Below the pieces are notes generated by a model, which was given only the letters and a program-made list of their open reading frames with translations, had not been told where the DNA came from and did not search any database. Below, one piece after another: positions 12,171 through 25,039 of a DNA stretch of 64,000 bases (positions within the stretch are counted from its first letter, which is position 1; every line of letters starts with the position of its first letter). Made by a program: the position numbers and the translations under genes. The stretch is taken from contig NC_043019.1 of NCBI RefSeq assembly GCF_006345805.1, forward strand, positions 31,123,360 to 31,187,359. The letters are read 5' to 3'. The stretch comes from Octopus sinensis (Eukaryota).

Positions 12171-13294
12171 AGACTGCCACATAAAAAGCGCCCATACTGG
12201 TGCCATGTAAAAAATATTGGTGCTGTGCCACAGACAAAGCACCCATGCTGGTGCCACATATAATGTACCTGTGCTGGTGCCACATACAGAGCATCTGTGC
12301 TGGCTCTATGTAAGAAGTACTTGTGTGTGTGTGTATGTGTGTGTGTGTGTGAGTTTATCTCCCACTGCCTTAATTCTATGTTTGACTTTCACCACTACCA
12401 CTACCACCATCACCACCACCACCACCAACACCACCATCACCACTTGACAACTGGTATTGGTGTGTTCATGTCCTGTAACTGAGCAGTTCAGCAAAAGAGA
12501 CTGATAGAACAAGTGCCAGGCTTAAACAAAATTAATATAAATATTAGGGTCGATTCATTTGACTAAAATTTGTGAAGGTGGTGCCCCAGCATGACCGCAG
12601 TCTAATGACTGAAGCATATCAAAAGACACTAGAAAAAAAGCATAAAAACAAGGATACATTATTTCCTTCATTGCTTAAATTCATCAATCTCTTGATATAT
12701 TTATTCATTCTTGTCAATCACAGAAATCTTTCTCAAGCTTACATCTTTCATTAAACTGTTCTCAGATCATAAACATATTCAAAATTATTTGTTAGACTGT
12801 TAGGAATATTTTTTTATCGAAAAGCAAACAGATTCTGTTGAATTATGTATCAATAGAACATATATTTAGACATTAATTAAATCTATATCTACACTATATA
12901 GAACCAATGCATGGTTTAGTATCTCTATTTACACATATAATTGTATAAATATAACTATATATTGAATATACTACTTATACAAATCATTAACTTACAGCTG
13001 TCAGCTATAGTTTTCTTTTTCTTTTAAATGGGAGAATTTTCTATGTTTATTCCTAAGTGCATTCATATATTATAAGTCAATATCGTGTTATGTTAAAAGA
13101 CATTTTTCTTAGTTCTGCATTAAAGCCATAAGTCTAAAAGTATGTCTCTATTACCAAATGTATATATTTCTTAAGTATTAAAATTCTTAAACAAAATGCA
13201 GACAAACTAAAAGATATGAAATAAGTGCTTCAGAGGAAAAATAAAAAAAGACATGGTCACCATTGTAGGTTGAATGCATTAACTATTAACTTAC

Positions 13295-13335
13295 AAGAAA
13301 AATGTTATAAATATATAAACACTTCATCAGACTTT
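13295..13335 (-). CDS. Candidate 41-nt internal exon of an unidentified host gene (xSLMKCLYIYNIFL)
   Basis: Strong acceptor TTGCATTTTTCCCCATTCAG and donor CTT/GTAAGT; one open frame; unique sequence. No homology recognised. Confidence 0.3.
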
Positions 13336-13650
13336 CTGAATGGGGAAAAATGCAAAGTTTTTCATTTGTCTTCGATTTGTATCTTCTAGACATGTGCATG
13401 CATGTATATGTGTATGTGAATGTGTGTGTATGTGCGTGTGTGTATATGTGTGTATGTGTGTGTATGTGTGTGTATGTGTGTGAGTGTGTGCATGTCTTTG
13501 TACGTATGTGTATGTCTGTGGGTGCATGTATCTACCACATACAAAGCTTATCTTCTCTGATTTATATATGTGTGTGAGTGTATTTTACACATGCAGGCAC
13601 ACACAGACGCACACACACACATAGGCATAAGCACACACACACATATTAAT

Positions 13651-13740
13651 TAATATTTAGCAGAAATAACAGAGTCACTCAAGGCATGAGAGTTTAATGT
13701 GTTGGCACTTATCGAACTTTGTTACTTCTGCTAAATATTA
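13651..13740. mobile_element. 90-bp MITE-like element with 21-bp terminal inverted repeats
   Basis: TAATATTTAGCAGAAATAACA versus the reverse complement of TGTTACTTCTGCTAAATATTA (one mismatch). Confidence 0.6.
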
Positions 13741-13819
13741 ATAAAAATATATAATTACTCATATTTTGGATCCTATTTTTCCTGTTTGCACCAACACACA
13801 CACCTATATATATATATAT

Positions 13820-13995
13820 AGGGAGAATTCCCAAAAAAAACAAAAGACGAAGACAGGTGGTGTAAGCAACAAACAGATGTATTAGTATAACGTTCAGGAA
13901 GTGTAAAAGTCCTTAGCGTTTCGAGCATACGCTCTTCCACAGAAAGAAACAAGGAAAGAAAATAAAGAATGTGTAGTGACTAGTGATCTATCATG
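13820..13995 (-). mobile_element. TA-flanked element with hammerhead-like motif (13911-13946), same family as 4873-5048
   Basis: Minus strand: CTTT CTGTGGAA GAGC GTAT GCTC GAAAC GCTAAGG. Confidence 0.6.
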
Positions 13996-14309
13996 ATATA
14001 TATATATATATATATATATATATCGTCTGTCTTTACATTCTGAGTTCAAATTCTGCTGAGGTTCACTTTGCCTTTCATCGTTTCGGGGGTCGATAGATTA
14101 AGTACCAGTTGCGTACTGGGTTCGATCTAATTGACTGGGCTCCTCCCCCAAATTTCAGCCCTTGTACCTAGAGCAGAAAAGATATATATATATATATATA
14201 TATATATAGTATCAATGAAATCATGAAAACATCTTTTAAACAAACAACACTAATGGGGATTTCTTATTTTCTTATTGTCTTATTTTTTACTTCTTATTTT
14301 CCAGATGGC

Positions 14310-14520
14310 TGGTCGCTTGACTGCAGTGAAGTGTGGAATTCCATTGTTTTGTTTCAGAGATGGTGGCGTGCATGGAAAGGTAAGCATGCAACACTTTGTC
14401 TGGACACAATAAAAAGTTGTCATGCAAAACAGATGACCATGGGCTCTGTGAATGATGCAAGAAGAAGTGGCCATCCAACCACATCCTGAGCAATGGAGAA
14501 TGTGGTAACAGTGCAGGAAA
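14310..14520 (+). mobile_element. Tc1/mariner transposase N-terminal HTH remnant
   Basis: ORF 14223-14489 ends ...FQRWWR...TIKSCHAKQMTMGSVNDARRSGHPTTS, resembling the TGSV.D..RSGRP motif. Confidence 0.55.
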
Positions 14521-14789
14521 TTCCTTACATACCTTCTTACAACAATATAAACTTCATTTAATCAAGACACTCTTGTCCTGAAGAGTAGCCTGTGATATAC
14601 ACCTCGCTTGGACATTTACCACTGCCAGGGTTCTGCTCACTATGAAATATATGTACCCCAGATCTTATCCACTCCATTTCTTAACTCTCATGATGGCTGT
14701 CCATTCGTGACTGAGGAAGACCATTGCTGACCTTCAGGAACATTGTGCACTCTTGGATATAGGGGAAGAAAAAAAACAGCACATATCGA

Positions 14790-16130
14790 GCAGAGGTCAG
14801 CAATGCCTATGCAGAATTTCAGGTCCAATAAGGCTTGTACGACACCTCATAAACCTTCTTTACTCTATTGACATTATCAAGAGATAAACCAAAGTATCAT
14901 GAATTCATGAATATTTTACATATTTTGACGGCTTCTTTGACAGCTTGTCATTGTAATTTTTTAATTTGGCATGTGTTTATCTAGTTTTCTGAAGCTGAGC
15001 TTCCCAAATATGGTACTGAAGATGTTAGTCATGTAGCCTAGTGTTCTGACAAGTACTGGTAGAGATCTAAAATTTAGTTTGGATGGAATAATTACAAATT
15101 TCTCATCAATTCAGTATGAATGTTTTCTTTTTCAATAATCTTTAACATCATGTTGACATCTGTTGCACAACAGATTTCAACCACTCTGCATAATTTCTTT
15201 ACTCTCTTTCATATAACTACGTCTGCTATGTCGTGCTTGCATTTTACTCAAGTCTTGACAAGGACATTCCAACAGCCTTCTTTCAAATTATGTGTGGTTA
15301 TGTTCTCACATCATTGCAGCTTCTTAGGATTATCCTTTCTGCAGATTCCATTATGTTGTGTTCTAACCATAACATGTTTCCTAAGCAGATAATACTACGA
15401 GGACGTTTTCAAGGAGCTACTTAAGATGTGGATAACAATCTCATTACTAATTCCACAAAGCCTGTATTGGTTTTCATTTTCATGTGGTTTATCTGCATCT
15501 CAATCTCTTTCATGCATAAGATATTTTGTAGCTATTTCCTGTTTCTGGATTGCAAAAGAATATCTCTCAAAGTGAAAGCCAATATCATGGCTATTATTTC
15601 AGGATAGACTACATTGGTTGTCAATTTTACTGTCACTTTGAAACCTGGAAATATAGCCATATGGGACATTTTCGCCGGTATGTATTCAACCTTTCCTTCA
15701 GTAACCTGTTGCAGTACAGTTGTGCAACTTCTCTGGGTGTATGTCCTAGATCGTCAGTCCGGGAATATGTTGCAAAAAGCTCCATTCCAATTCTCAAGAT
15801 GTTGCCATCGTCATTTATGCATATTTGATCCATGATGGGACTTTGATATTTGGTGGTTTGTAGATGCTAATGAAGGGGCTTTTGAAGGCTGTTTGAATCA
15901 AAGTTAAGCCTCTACCAACAAGTTTTTATCTTAAGTTTACATCGCAGTCACTGAGGAAATTCATGGATATTTCTAGCTTGACTCAATAGTTTTTGTGTTT
16001 CAGCATCAATAGCCTGGATCTTATTTAGCATCCCCAGTGAGCAGCCCAAATGTTGACATGAATTCTGATATAGCAAACACATTGTAGGGTTTCAGTTTAT
16101 AGCATGACAGTTCTGAGGATGATCATAAGA
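14790..16130 (-). mobile_element. Decayed MULE/Mutator-like transposase with possible SWIM-finger remnant
   Basis: Across frameshifts: GLTLIQTAF...ICINDDG / GAFCNIFPD...VLQQV (resembles MTDD..AE.NA...FP....LC.FHVLQA), a later HNIMES motif, and YEV...WT / FCIGIADLCSICA. By-eye alignment only. Confidence 0.45.
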
Positions 16131-16134
16131 TATT

Positions 16135-16297
16135 TTCAGCTGTGTGGTAAGTAGCTTGCTTACGAACCACATGGTTCCGGGTTAAGTCCCACTGCATGGC
16201 ACCCTGGGCAAGTGTCTTCTACTATAGCCTCGGGCCAACCAAAGCCTTGCGAGTGGATTTGGTAGAGGGAAACTGAAAGAAGCCCATCATATATATG

Positions 16298-16328
<31 letters not shown>

Positions 16329-16545
16329 ATATGTTTGTGTGTCATGTTTGTCCCTGCAATATTGCTTGACAGTCGATGCTGGTGCGTTTACATCCCTGTA
16401 ATTTAGCGGTTCGACAAAAGAGGCCAATAGAATAAGTACTGGGCTTACAAAGAATAAGTCCTGGGGTCGATTTGCTCAACTAAAGGTGGTGCTCCAGCAT
16501 GGCCTCAGTCAAATGACTGAAACAAGTAAAAGAGTAAAAGAGTAT
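16135..16545 (+). mobile_element. SINE family A
   Basis: Head through AGTAAAAGAGTAAAAGAG tail. Confidence 0.9.
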
Positions 16546-16643
16546 CCATTCTTTTGTATGTGAACATTTTCCATCAGATATTTGAGCTGAAGGTCACCGA
16601 TAGTAATATTACTACATAGGTTTGTAGTTCTTCAATATTTAAC

Positions 16644-16675
<32 letters not shown>

Positions 16676-16688
16676 CCATCACAATCAC

Positions 16689-16699
<11 letters not shown>

Positions 16700-16721
<22 letters not shown>

Positions 16722-16915
16722 TTAAAGTTCCTATTCCATGCTGGCATGGTTTGGACGGTTTTACAGGAGCTGACAAGATCAGAGAACTACATGAGGCTCT
16801 GTTACCTTCTTTATCATGGTTTCTATGGCTGGATGCCCTTCCTAATGACAACCACTTTACAGAGCATAATGTGTGCTTTTTACATGGCACCAGCATTGGT
16901 AGGGTCACCCATTTT
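16700..16915 (-). mobile_element. RTE-X 3' UTR fragment with (GAT)n tail
   Basis: CATCATCATTTAAAGTTCCTATTCCATGCTGGCATGG...GGATGCCCTTCCTAATG, homologous to 61259-61430. Confidence 0.7.
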
Positions 16916-16994
16916 ATTCTCAACTACTCTTTTCTGATTATGGAGATTCTTGCTGATTGTTTTCTGCTCCTATCTGAGAATAAGTAGTCTGATT

Positions 16995-17350
16995 ACAGTT
17001 TAAAAAGGGTGAAGAACCCCTTCAGTCATGAATAACCATGGAGCTGCACCTAGAAAGTTCCTGTTTGAGGCATAGGTCCGGGCAAGGATGTTTATGGAAA
17101 ACCAGCAGTCATCCATGCATACCAGCCTCTCTTCTCTCTCCATGCCACCGATGTTATCCATGGGAAAGGCAAAGGGGCGATACAGCTTGGCACTAGAGAT
17201 GTCACAACTCATTTCTACAGATGAGTGAACTGGAGCAATGTAAAATAACATGTCTTACTCAAGAACACAACACAGTCCACTCTGGGAATCGAACTCATTA
17301 CCTCATGATTGTGAGCCTAACACTCTAACCACTGAGCCATGTGCCTTCAC
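16995..17350 (-). mobile_element. tRNA-derived SINE family D
   Basis: Minus strand begins GAAGGCACATGGCTCAGTGGTTAGAG (A-box)...GAGTTCGATTCCC (B-box); a related head occurs at 38335-38632. Confidence 0.65.
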
Positions 17351-17749
17351 AAGCTTTTCCCTATTTACTTTTCCCAAGCATTTTTTAGATTATATTTTAC
17401 ATTCTTTGTTGGTTGGGAGTTGATTTATCTAAGCAACATGACATAACTGATAGTTCCCAGCAGAGTGATTATCCTTTTTACCATTTTCAAAACCCATGTT
17501 AACACTCTTTTTATTGTTTTGCCTTTTATCAAATGCTTGTGTATCACCAAGGCGGTGTTTTGCAGTCATTGAAAGAGCACATAAACTAGCATTAATTCGC
17601 GATAATAAGGCGAGTATTACGTTGTTGTAAATATTCTCCACCAAACTGTGGAATATTATTTTATTGCCAGTGTTGTTGCTAGATTCATTGACAGCTTGTT
17701 GGCAATCAGCTTAGGTACATGTCGGCATAAATTGCTCATATATATATAG

Positions 17750-17814
<65 letters not shown>

Positions 17815-17957
17815 GCATATGATATGTGTGTGTGTATATTAATATATATATATATATATGAGTGTGTATCTATCTATATATATGTATCGTTTTTTCCATC
17901 CTTGTTTTTGTATGCATTTGTATGTGTTTTGTGTGTGTGTGGTGTATATATATATGT

Positions 17958-18032
<75 letters not shown>

Positions 18033-18149
18033 TATATATATATGTATATGATATGTGTGTGTGTATATTAATATATATATATATATATATATCTATGAGT
18101 GTGTATCTATCTATATATATATCGTTTTTTCCATCCTTGTTTTTGTATG

Positions 18150-18400
18150 CGTTCGATTCTTTCTTCCAAGGAATCTAATGCTCTTAACTTACTTTTTCCT
18201 TGGGGCTGGCCAGATTGGAGAAATCTCAAGAATAAGCAGTCGAAATTGCAAGGATAATCTGGTTCTTGACTGAAGATAGAAAACTTCGAATGATCCGTCA
18301 TTGTTTTCTTTGTATCATCTATCTGGATGTTTTGTTATCCCTTTTTGTATCACCTAGTTGTCCGAATGTTTTGTGTTCTTGTCCCATTTTGTCTAACTTA
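18150..18400 (+). mobile_element. PLE-like terminal-repeat fragment (family shared with 60543-61240)
   Basis: AATCTAATGC...CCTTGGGGCTGGCC...CAGYCGAAATT...TGACTGAAGA is shared with 61030-61160. Confidence 0.55.
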
Positions 18401-18982
18401 ATAGCATAACTTAGTTATTGTCTTTTTAAATTGATATTCGCTAGTTATTCCCATTGATAATTATATTTATAGTATTTATTGTATTTATTCGATATTATAT
18501 AACTACGAATTGATTATTTCTATAAGTATTTTAAATAAGATTTCTGAAAGTTCGTTTAAGTTTGTTTGTTTGTATTTTTGAAATTAGCTATTTCATCTTT
18601 AAATATGAAAAATTAATTTCTTAGGTCTTTATTATATGTGCATATACATTTATTTATAGAGATTATTTTAGATCTTAATTATAATATTTATATACATTTA
18701 TATATTTTCAATGATAATTTATATATAAGAGTCATTTTTTTTTTTTTAAATATTTATGTAATTAGATATAGACTATTACCGATATTAGATTATTGGTGGG
18801 TTTCTTACCTTATAAATTAAAATTAATATTTCACATTATAATCGATTTTGATATAATAATAATTGTTAAGTTTTAAGTTTCTAGTTTGATAATAGAGTTT
18901 ATTATAAGTAAAATTATTATATTATTTATATCTTAAAAATATTGTTTAAATATTTCTGTTTATTTATAAAATATTTCAATTA

Positions 18983-19073
18983 ACCTGAAGATTGACTGTA
19001 ACCATAACTCGAATTATTAATTGAATTTAAATTATTGCTATTCGAATTGGTACAGCCATGAAACGATCGTAGT
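18983..19073 (+). ncRNA. Minimal type I hammerhead ribozyme with long stem II and palindromic stem III
   Basis: AC CTGAAGA (18985-18991), an imperfect hairpin TGACTGTAACCATAACTCGAAT / ATTCGAATTGGTACAGCCA, GAAAC (19060-19064), GATC, GTA (predicted cleavage after 19071), GT. All invariant core bases are present. Confidence 0.65.
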
Positions 19074-19424
19074 GTTTTACTCTTTATCTTTTATTAAACT
19101 TTTAATACTTTTGATATTTAAAAAAAAATAATAAATAAATTAATTAATTAATTAATAAAATAATATATAAATATAAAAATATACATACATGTATATATAT
19201 ATTTGTATATATATATATAAAATTTATAAGTTTAATTATTTAAATAATTTTTTATTTTTACTTTTATATTTTTAAATTAATTTTATGTATTGGCTTATGA
19301 TTTTCACTGTTTGATTTGCCTAATAGTGGTTTTATCTCTAATTTAATATAATATAATATATGTATATATATATATATAAATATACACATACATACATATT
19401 TATATATATGAGAGAGAGAGAGTT

Positions 19425-19461
19425 TGATAGATAGATAAATAAATAAATAGATGGATAGATG

Positions 19462-19492
<31 letters not shown>

Positions 19493-19551
19493 GGATGGAT
19501 AAATGGATAGATAGATAGATACATAGATAGATAGGGAGATAGATAGATACG

Positions 19552-19582
<31 letters not shown>

Positions 19583-19690
19583 TATATATGAGAAAAAGAG
19601 AGATTGATAGGTAGATAGATAAATAGATAGATAGATAAACAGATAGATGCGTAGGTAGGTAGGTAGTTATGTAGGTAGATTGATAGATAT
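19425..19690. repeat. (TAGA)n/(TGGA)n tetranucleotide arrays, duplicated block
   Basis: Directly visible. Confidence 0.9.
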
Positions 19691-21004
19691 ACACATATAC
19701 ATACATACAGATACATACATATACATACATATGCATATACATATATAACTATATATCTGTGTGTGTGTTTGTGTGTGTGTGTGTAAGAGAGAGTGTTTGT
19801 GTGTGTGTGTGTGTAAACCATAAAAAATATTATCCACTCATATATTAGATATCTTAAAATTAATCTTCCTAGGAAAATCGCAAATGAGGCTGATAACAGA
19901 TTAGGAATAATAATTAAGATTTGATATCATTATACATGTATAACAAAGATATTTGCATCTATTAATTGCATATAAGCAGATAAATATATTGATTGCCATA
20001 ATGAATTCTAGTTAACATAATATCTTCGGGCCAAAACTGTAATTAAATCTGATTAATGATATTTCATTTATCAGTTTAGTATATTCTTCATTGTAACCAA
20101 AGTTGGCTAAATTTGGTAGATTATCATTAAAGTATCAGAGCATACAATTTGAAGACAAATTCTATTATTATATATTGATTTGCACAAAATCCTAAGCACT
20201 GTTTAGCAATATATATTTGAATTTTAGGTACAGAATTCTTCCAAGGCCAGTCTCGTCTTCCATCTATTGGTTTTGGTGATGGCACCATTCTGCTTTGAAC
20301 CACATTACATATAAATGCTTATGTGTGATAAATGATACAAACGTATAAATTTACATGAGGTGTATGTAAATCTGAATGACAAGGAGTGGCATCTCATTAA
20401 GCACCAAGCTCTGTTATCATACATGGTATATGAAATAGGTATTAAGTATTGTTACTTATACACAGAGGAATGACAAAAAAAAATAATGGTTTCGAGGTCT
20501 GGCATAAAGCTAGCAGTTTCATAGAAGTAAGGGAAGCTGATTGCATCAACCTCAGTGGTCAACTGGTAATTATTTTATCAACCTCGAAGGGATGAAAGGC
20601 AAAGTTGACCTAGGCGGAATTTGAACTCAGAACTTGAAGACGGATGAAATGCCGCTATGAATTCTGCCCAGTGTGTGAACGATTCTGCCAGCTTGCTACC
20701 TTAATAATGATAATAATAATGATAATAATAAAAGTCCTTTCTACTATAGGCGCAAGGCCCGAAATTTTTGGGGAGGGGACTAGTTGATTACATCGACCCC
20801 AATACATAACTGGTACTTAATTTATCGACCTCAAAAAGGATGAAAGGCAAATTAGCATTTGAACTCAGAACAAGAAAACAGACAAAATACCTCAAAGCAT
20901 TTTGCCCAGTGTGATAACAACTCTGACAGTTCACCGCCTAATAATAACAATAACAACAACAACAACAACAACAATAATAATAATAATAACAACAACGTTA
21001 ATAA

Positions 21005-21765
21005 TAAAGAACATGTATGATAATCGACATAGCATGCCCTGGTGACAATAGGATTGATGTGAAAGAAGAAAAAATAAACAACTATGACAACTATAGGCGC
21101 AGGAGTGGCTGTGTGGTAAGTAGTTTGTCTACCAACCACATGGTTCAGTCCCACTGCGAGGCACCTTGGGTAAGTGTCTTCTACTATAGCCTCGGGCCGA
21201 CCAAAGCCTTGTGAGTGGATTTGGTAGACGGAAACTGAAAGAAGCCCGTCGTATATATGTATATATATATGCGTGTGTTTGTGTGTCTGTGTTTGTCCCC
21301 TAGCATTGCTTGACAACCGATGCTGGTGTGTTTATGTCCCCATCACTTAGCGGTTCGGCAAAAGAGACCGATAGAATAAGTACTGGGCTTACAAAAGAAT
21401 AAGTTCCGCGGTCGAGTTGCTCGATTAAAGGCGGTGCTCCAGCATGGCCGCAGTCAAATGACTGAAACAAGTAAAAGAGAAAGAGAAAGAAAATGACAAT
21501 TTGAAATGGGAAATAAGAAGGCTGTTGTCAAGGAAGAGAGTAAACATGATACCAATAGTAAATGGTGCACTAAACTACCAACATGGCTGAAAAAGATCAG
21601 TGAAAGTAGAACACATACAAAAATCAACATTGCTTGGAACTGCAAGAATTCTTCACAGGGTTCATGAAGCATGACCAGTAAACAAATGTCACCTTAGTCT
21701 GCTAGCTGTGGACAGCTGACACCTTTCCATTATACTCAGCAAAATAAGCTGTGAGTTTTCATATA
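21005..21765 (+). mobile_element. R4/Dong-clade LINE 3' fragment split by a SINE, ending in (AAT)n
   Basis: CMIIDIACPGDNRIDVKEEKINNYDN [SINE] NLKWEIRRL...MIPIVNGAL...IQKSTLLGTARILHRV; homologous to ORF 32927-33475. Confidence 0.75.
21093..21485 (+). mobile_element. SINE family A, full length, with ATGACAAYT target-site duplication
   Basis: Full head-to-tail copy flanked by ATGACAACT and ATGACAATT. Confidence 0.9.
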
Positions 21766-21786
21766 ATAATAATAATGATGATGATG

Positions 21787-21843
<57 letters not shown>

Positions 21844-21861
21844 TAATAATAATAATTATTA

Positions 21862-22420
21862 TTTGCAGTACCAGGCAGTGGCACTCATGGCTTCTGATCT
21901 TAACTGATTGGAAGTGTTATCATGTACATTGTTTTGTCTTGGTATAAGAGATGGGCTACAGCAAATATTCTGCTCAATACCACAGATTTGCTTGTCAGTT
22001 GTTGACCTTAACCAGTTGAGCATGTCCCTTAGTGGCTGACGATATGTGCATCTCTGATCACGAGCAGAAGTAGTGGGGGAGCATCATAGCCATGTGTTGA
22101 GAGGGATTCTTTGGGGTTTGAATAATTCACCTCTGGAAACATGGGTGTTTCGTTCAATATCCTTAAACAACCCTTATTCAGGGACCTTTTGAGCAGGATG
22201 GGCTACTCGACTAGAAGAAAATTCTAACTGGGCCCCACCTGCAAGGTCATGTGCTGTTTATCTTTATATGAGATCACCATGTCGCGCACATATGGTTGTG
22301 ATGCATGTGCCTAGTGTACCCTTATCAGCTGGGTAGTCATGATGGGTATTCTGGGTTTCGTATATTTTACCCCAGTGTCACTTTGATGGCATGCACTGCT
22401 CTCTCACACAATAATAATAA
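21862..22420 (+). mobile_element. About 560-bp non-coding element embedded in (AAT)n; a 5'-truncated copy lies at 49861-50068
   Basis: The 3' 210 bp are nearly identical to 49861-50068, and both copies are flanked by (AAT)n on both sides. Confidence 0.75.
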
Positions 22421-22459
22421 CAATAATAATAATAATAATAATAATAATAAGAATAATAA

Positions 22460-22855
22460 TAATTCTTTTACTCTTTTACTTGTTTCAGTCATTTGACTGC
22501 GGCCATGCTGGAGCACCGCCTTTAATCGAGCAACTCGACCCCGGTACTTATTCTTTGTAAGCCCAGTACTTATTCTCTCGGTCTCTTTTTTGCCGAACCG
22601 CTAAGTGACGGGGACGTAAGCACACCAGCATCGTTTGTCAAGCAATGCTAGTGGGACAAACACAAACACATACACATATATATATATACATATATACGAC
22701 GGGCTTCTTTCAGTTTCCGTCTACCAAATCCACTCACAAGGCATTGGTCGGCCCGGGGCTATAGCAGAAGACACTTGCCCAAGATGCCATGCAGTGGGAC
22801 TGAACCCGGAACCATGTGGCTGGTTAGCAAGCTACTTACCACACAGCCACTCCTG
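22460..22855 (-). mobile_element. SINE family A, full length
   Basis: Reverse-complement head-to-tail copy. Confidence 0.9.
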
Positions 22856-22887
22856 TTATAATAATAATAAAAATAATGATAATTATG

Positions 22888-22943
<56 letters not shown>

Positions 22944-23265
22944 TTTATAATGTGATTACCGTATGTCACTTTTGTATCCTACACTAAAACTGTGGGATAT
23001 ACGATAATACAAAACGAGGAAGACACAAACTGTTTCCAATTGATGTATTCCCAAATACTCTGCCAACAACTGTGACCAATCCCAAACAACTCTCAACGAA
23101 CTACAACAACTTCTCCACAATTTCTTGCAACTCCACGAACTCACAAATGACACCTTTTGACTTCCTGTGATTTCTCATCTCTTGCTCTCAGTCAAATACA
23201 TTGCTACTTATACGAGCTCGGCTAGTCCATTCTCTCAAGGGGTGTCATGACTGTAACCATAACAG

Positions 23266-23322
<57 letters not shown>

Positions 23323-23837
23323 GACCTTTCTACTATAGGCACAAGGCCTGAAATTTGTGGGGAAGGAATAAGTCAATCACATCAACCCCCAGTACTTGAC
23401 TGGTACTTGATTTATCGAGCCTAAAATGATGAAAGGCAAAGTTGATCTTGGTGGAATTTGAGCTCAGAACTTGAAGATGGACAATGTCAACCACTTTACA
23501 GAGTGTACTGGGTGCTTTTCACATAGCACCAGCACAAGTACTTTTTTATGTGGTACCAGCACCAGCAGGGCTACCAAATAATTTGCAAGACAAAGACCGT
23601 TTAGTGGGAGAAGGAATGAAACTGAGGGAAGTGACTGTGGGCCAGGTGAGAGGTTAGAGTATGACAGAGGGACAGAGGTGTATGTATAGACATAAACATA
23701 ATGTTTTTAGGACCTCAGTTTTGATGTGACAGGTAATTCTTCTTGAGAACCATAATTGCTAATTAATTCAGTCTCAGTATTCTGAGGTTAGCTTTTACTA
23801 CTTCATCTTACACCTTCCTGGATCTCCCGCTTTCAGT

Positions 23838-24155
23838 AGAGGCACATGGCCTAGTGGTTAGAGCAGCAGACTCGCAGTTGAGGGATCGCAAAGTTCAAAT
23901 CTCAGACTGGGCAATGTGTATGTTTATGAGTGAAACACCTAAGCTCCATGCGGCTCTGGCAGAAGGTAATAGCAAACTTCTGCTGACTCTTTTGCCACAA
24001 CTTTCTCTCACTCTTTACTCCTGCATCTTGCAGCTCACCTGTGATTGACTGGCATCCTGTTCAGGTGGGGAACCTATACACCAAGAAAACCAAGAAACCC
24101 GCTCTTATGAGCCATGCATGGCTCGAGTAGGAACAAAACAACAAACAACTCCCTC
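23838..24155 (+). mobile_element. tRNA-derived SINE family C (V-SINE-like)
   Basis: A-box GGCCTAGTGGTTAGAG, B-box GTTCAAATC, V-domain-like GATTGACTGGCATCCTGTTCAGG...GCTCTTATGAGCC. Confidence 0.65.
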
Positions 24156-24189
24156 TTTCACAGATTCCAGTTACATTTAGTGAATGGCA

Positions 24190-24600
24190 TTTCTTTGTGT
24201 AGCTGTCTGCATCTATACACATCGCATGACCACATCAGTGTAATCTTCTCCCTTACACACCCTGTCTAATTCCTCTTTATGTCCAATTTCAACATATTTT
24301 TTACTTTGTACATGCACATTGGCATTGCACATCCAACATAGCTTGCTAGTTTCATTTCCTTCTCATCATTATATGTCTTCTACATTCAAGGCCCATGACT
24401 CACTTTCATGTAATATTGCTGTTCATGCACAAATATCAATCTGCTTTTGGCTTTGGGAAAAAGGCCTTTTGTTACCAACGGCATTAATAGCTCTCTGAAT
24501 TTGCTCCAGCTTCTTTTTATTCTAACAACTATACTTTTAGAACATCCTCCTCTACTGCTAATTAGAGCATTTTGGTAACAGAAACTAAGGATTCTCTGGG
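24190..24600 (-). mobile_element. Decayed RTE-X fragment
   Basis: ORF 24386-24694 contains GGCSKSIVVRIKRSWSKFRELLMPLVTKG, the RTE-X thumb region also seen at 62300-62420. Confidence 0.7.
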
Positions 24601-25039
24601 GCATTTCAGAAAATCTATTTCCTTTGTCAGCGCCATGAAATGGGAGAAAACATGAGGCATTTTTCACATTTTCTAACTGGGAAAACAGTTTCATAAAAAG
24701 TGAAAGTTTAATACTGTATATTCATACACATAGTTTTAAATGTAAAAAGTGCAGTGCTGAATTAACCATTAAGCAAAATAAGCACATACTTGGGACATCA
24801 AGGGAAGGAGGGGACACCACAGAAATGGTAAATGGTAAATGGTTAACAGCACTCCTAAGTTTGCTTTCTCTGTTAACATTCCTGTGATTCTACCCCACAC
24901 TGCATATATGTGTCCATTGCTTTCCCTGGGTACATCACAGGAAATTCCTAACTATTCCTGTCTACCCATAAAAAAGTGGCCATTTTCAAGGTGGAGAAAA
25001 TAGTTAGTTAGTTAATTAATTTTTTGGCTCAAAAAGCAA

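Noticed and set aside
18400-19260. Possible mitochondrial insertion (extremely AT-rich)
   Set aside because: I found no mitochondrial protein, rRNA or tRNA motif. The block ends in a hammerhead motif and is better explained as a PLE terminal region.
19810-20200. Further very decayed PLE-like peptides here and at 25400-25650 and 42930-43190
   Set aside because: Only scattered motif matches across many stops; too weak to list as features.
20230-20300. Possible plus-strand terminal exon GTEFFQGQSRLPSIGFGDGTILL*
   Set aside because: It has a good acceptor but no recognisable homology or supported upstream partner. The same applies to 9979-10022, 23711-23732 and 55051-55184.
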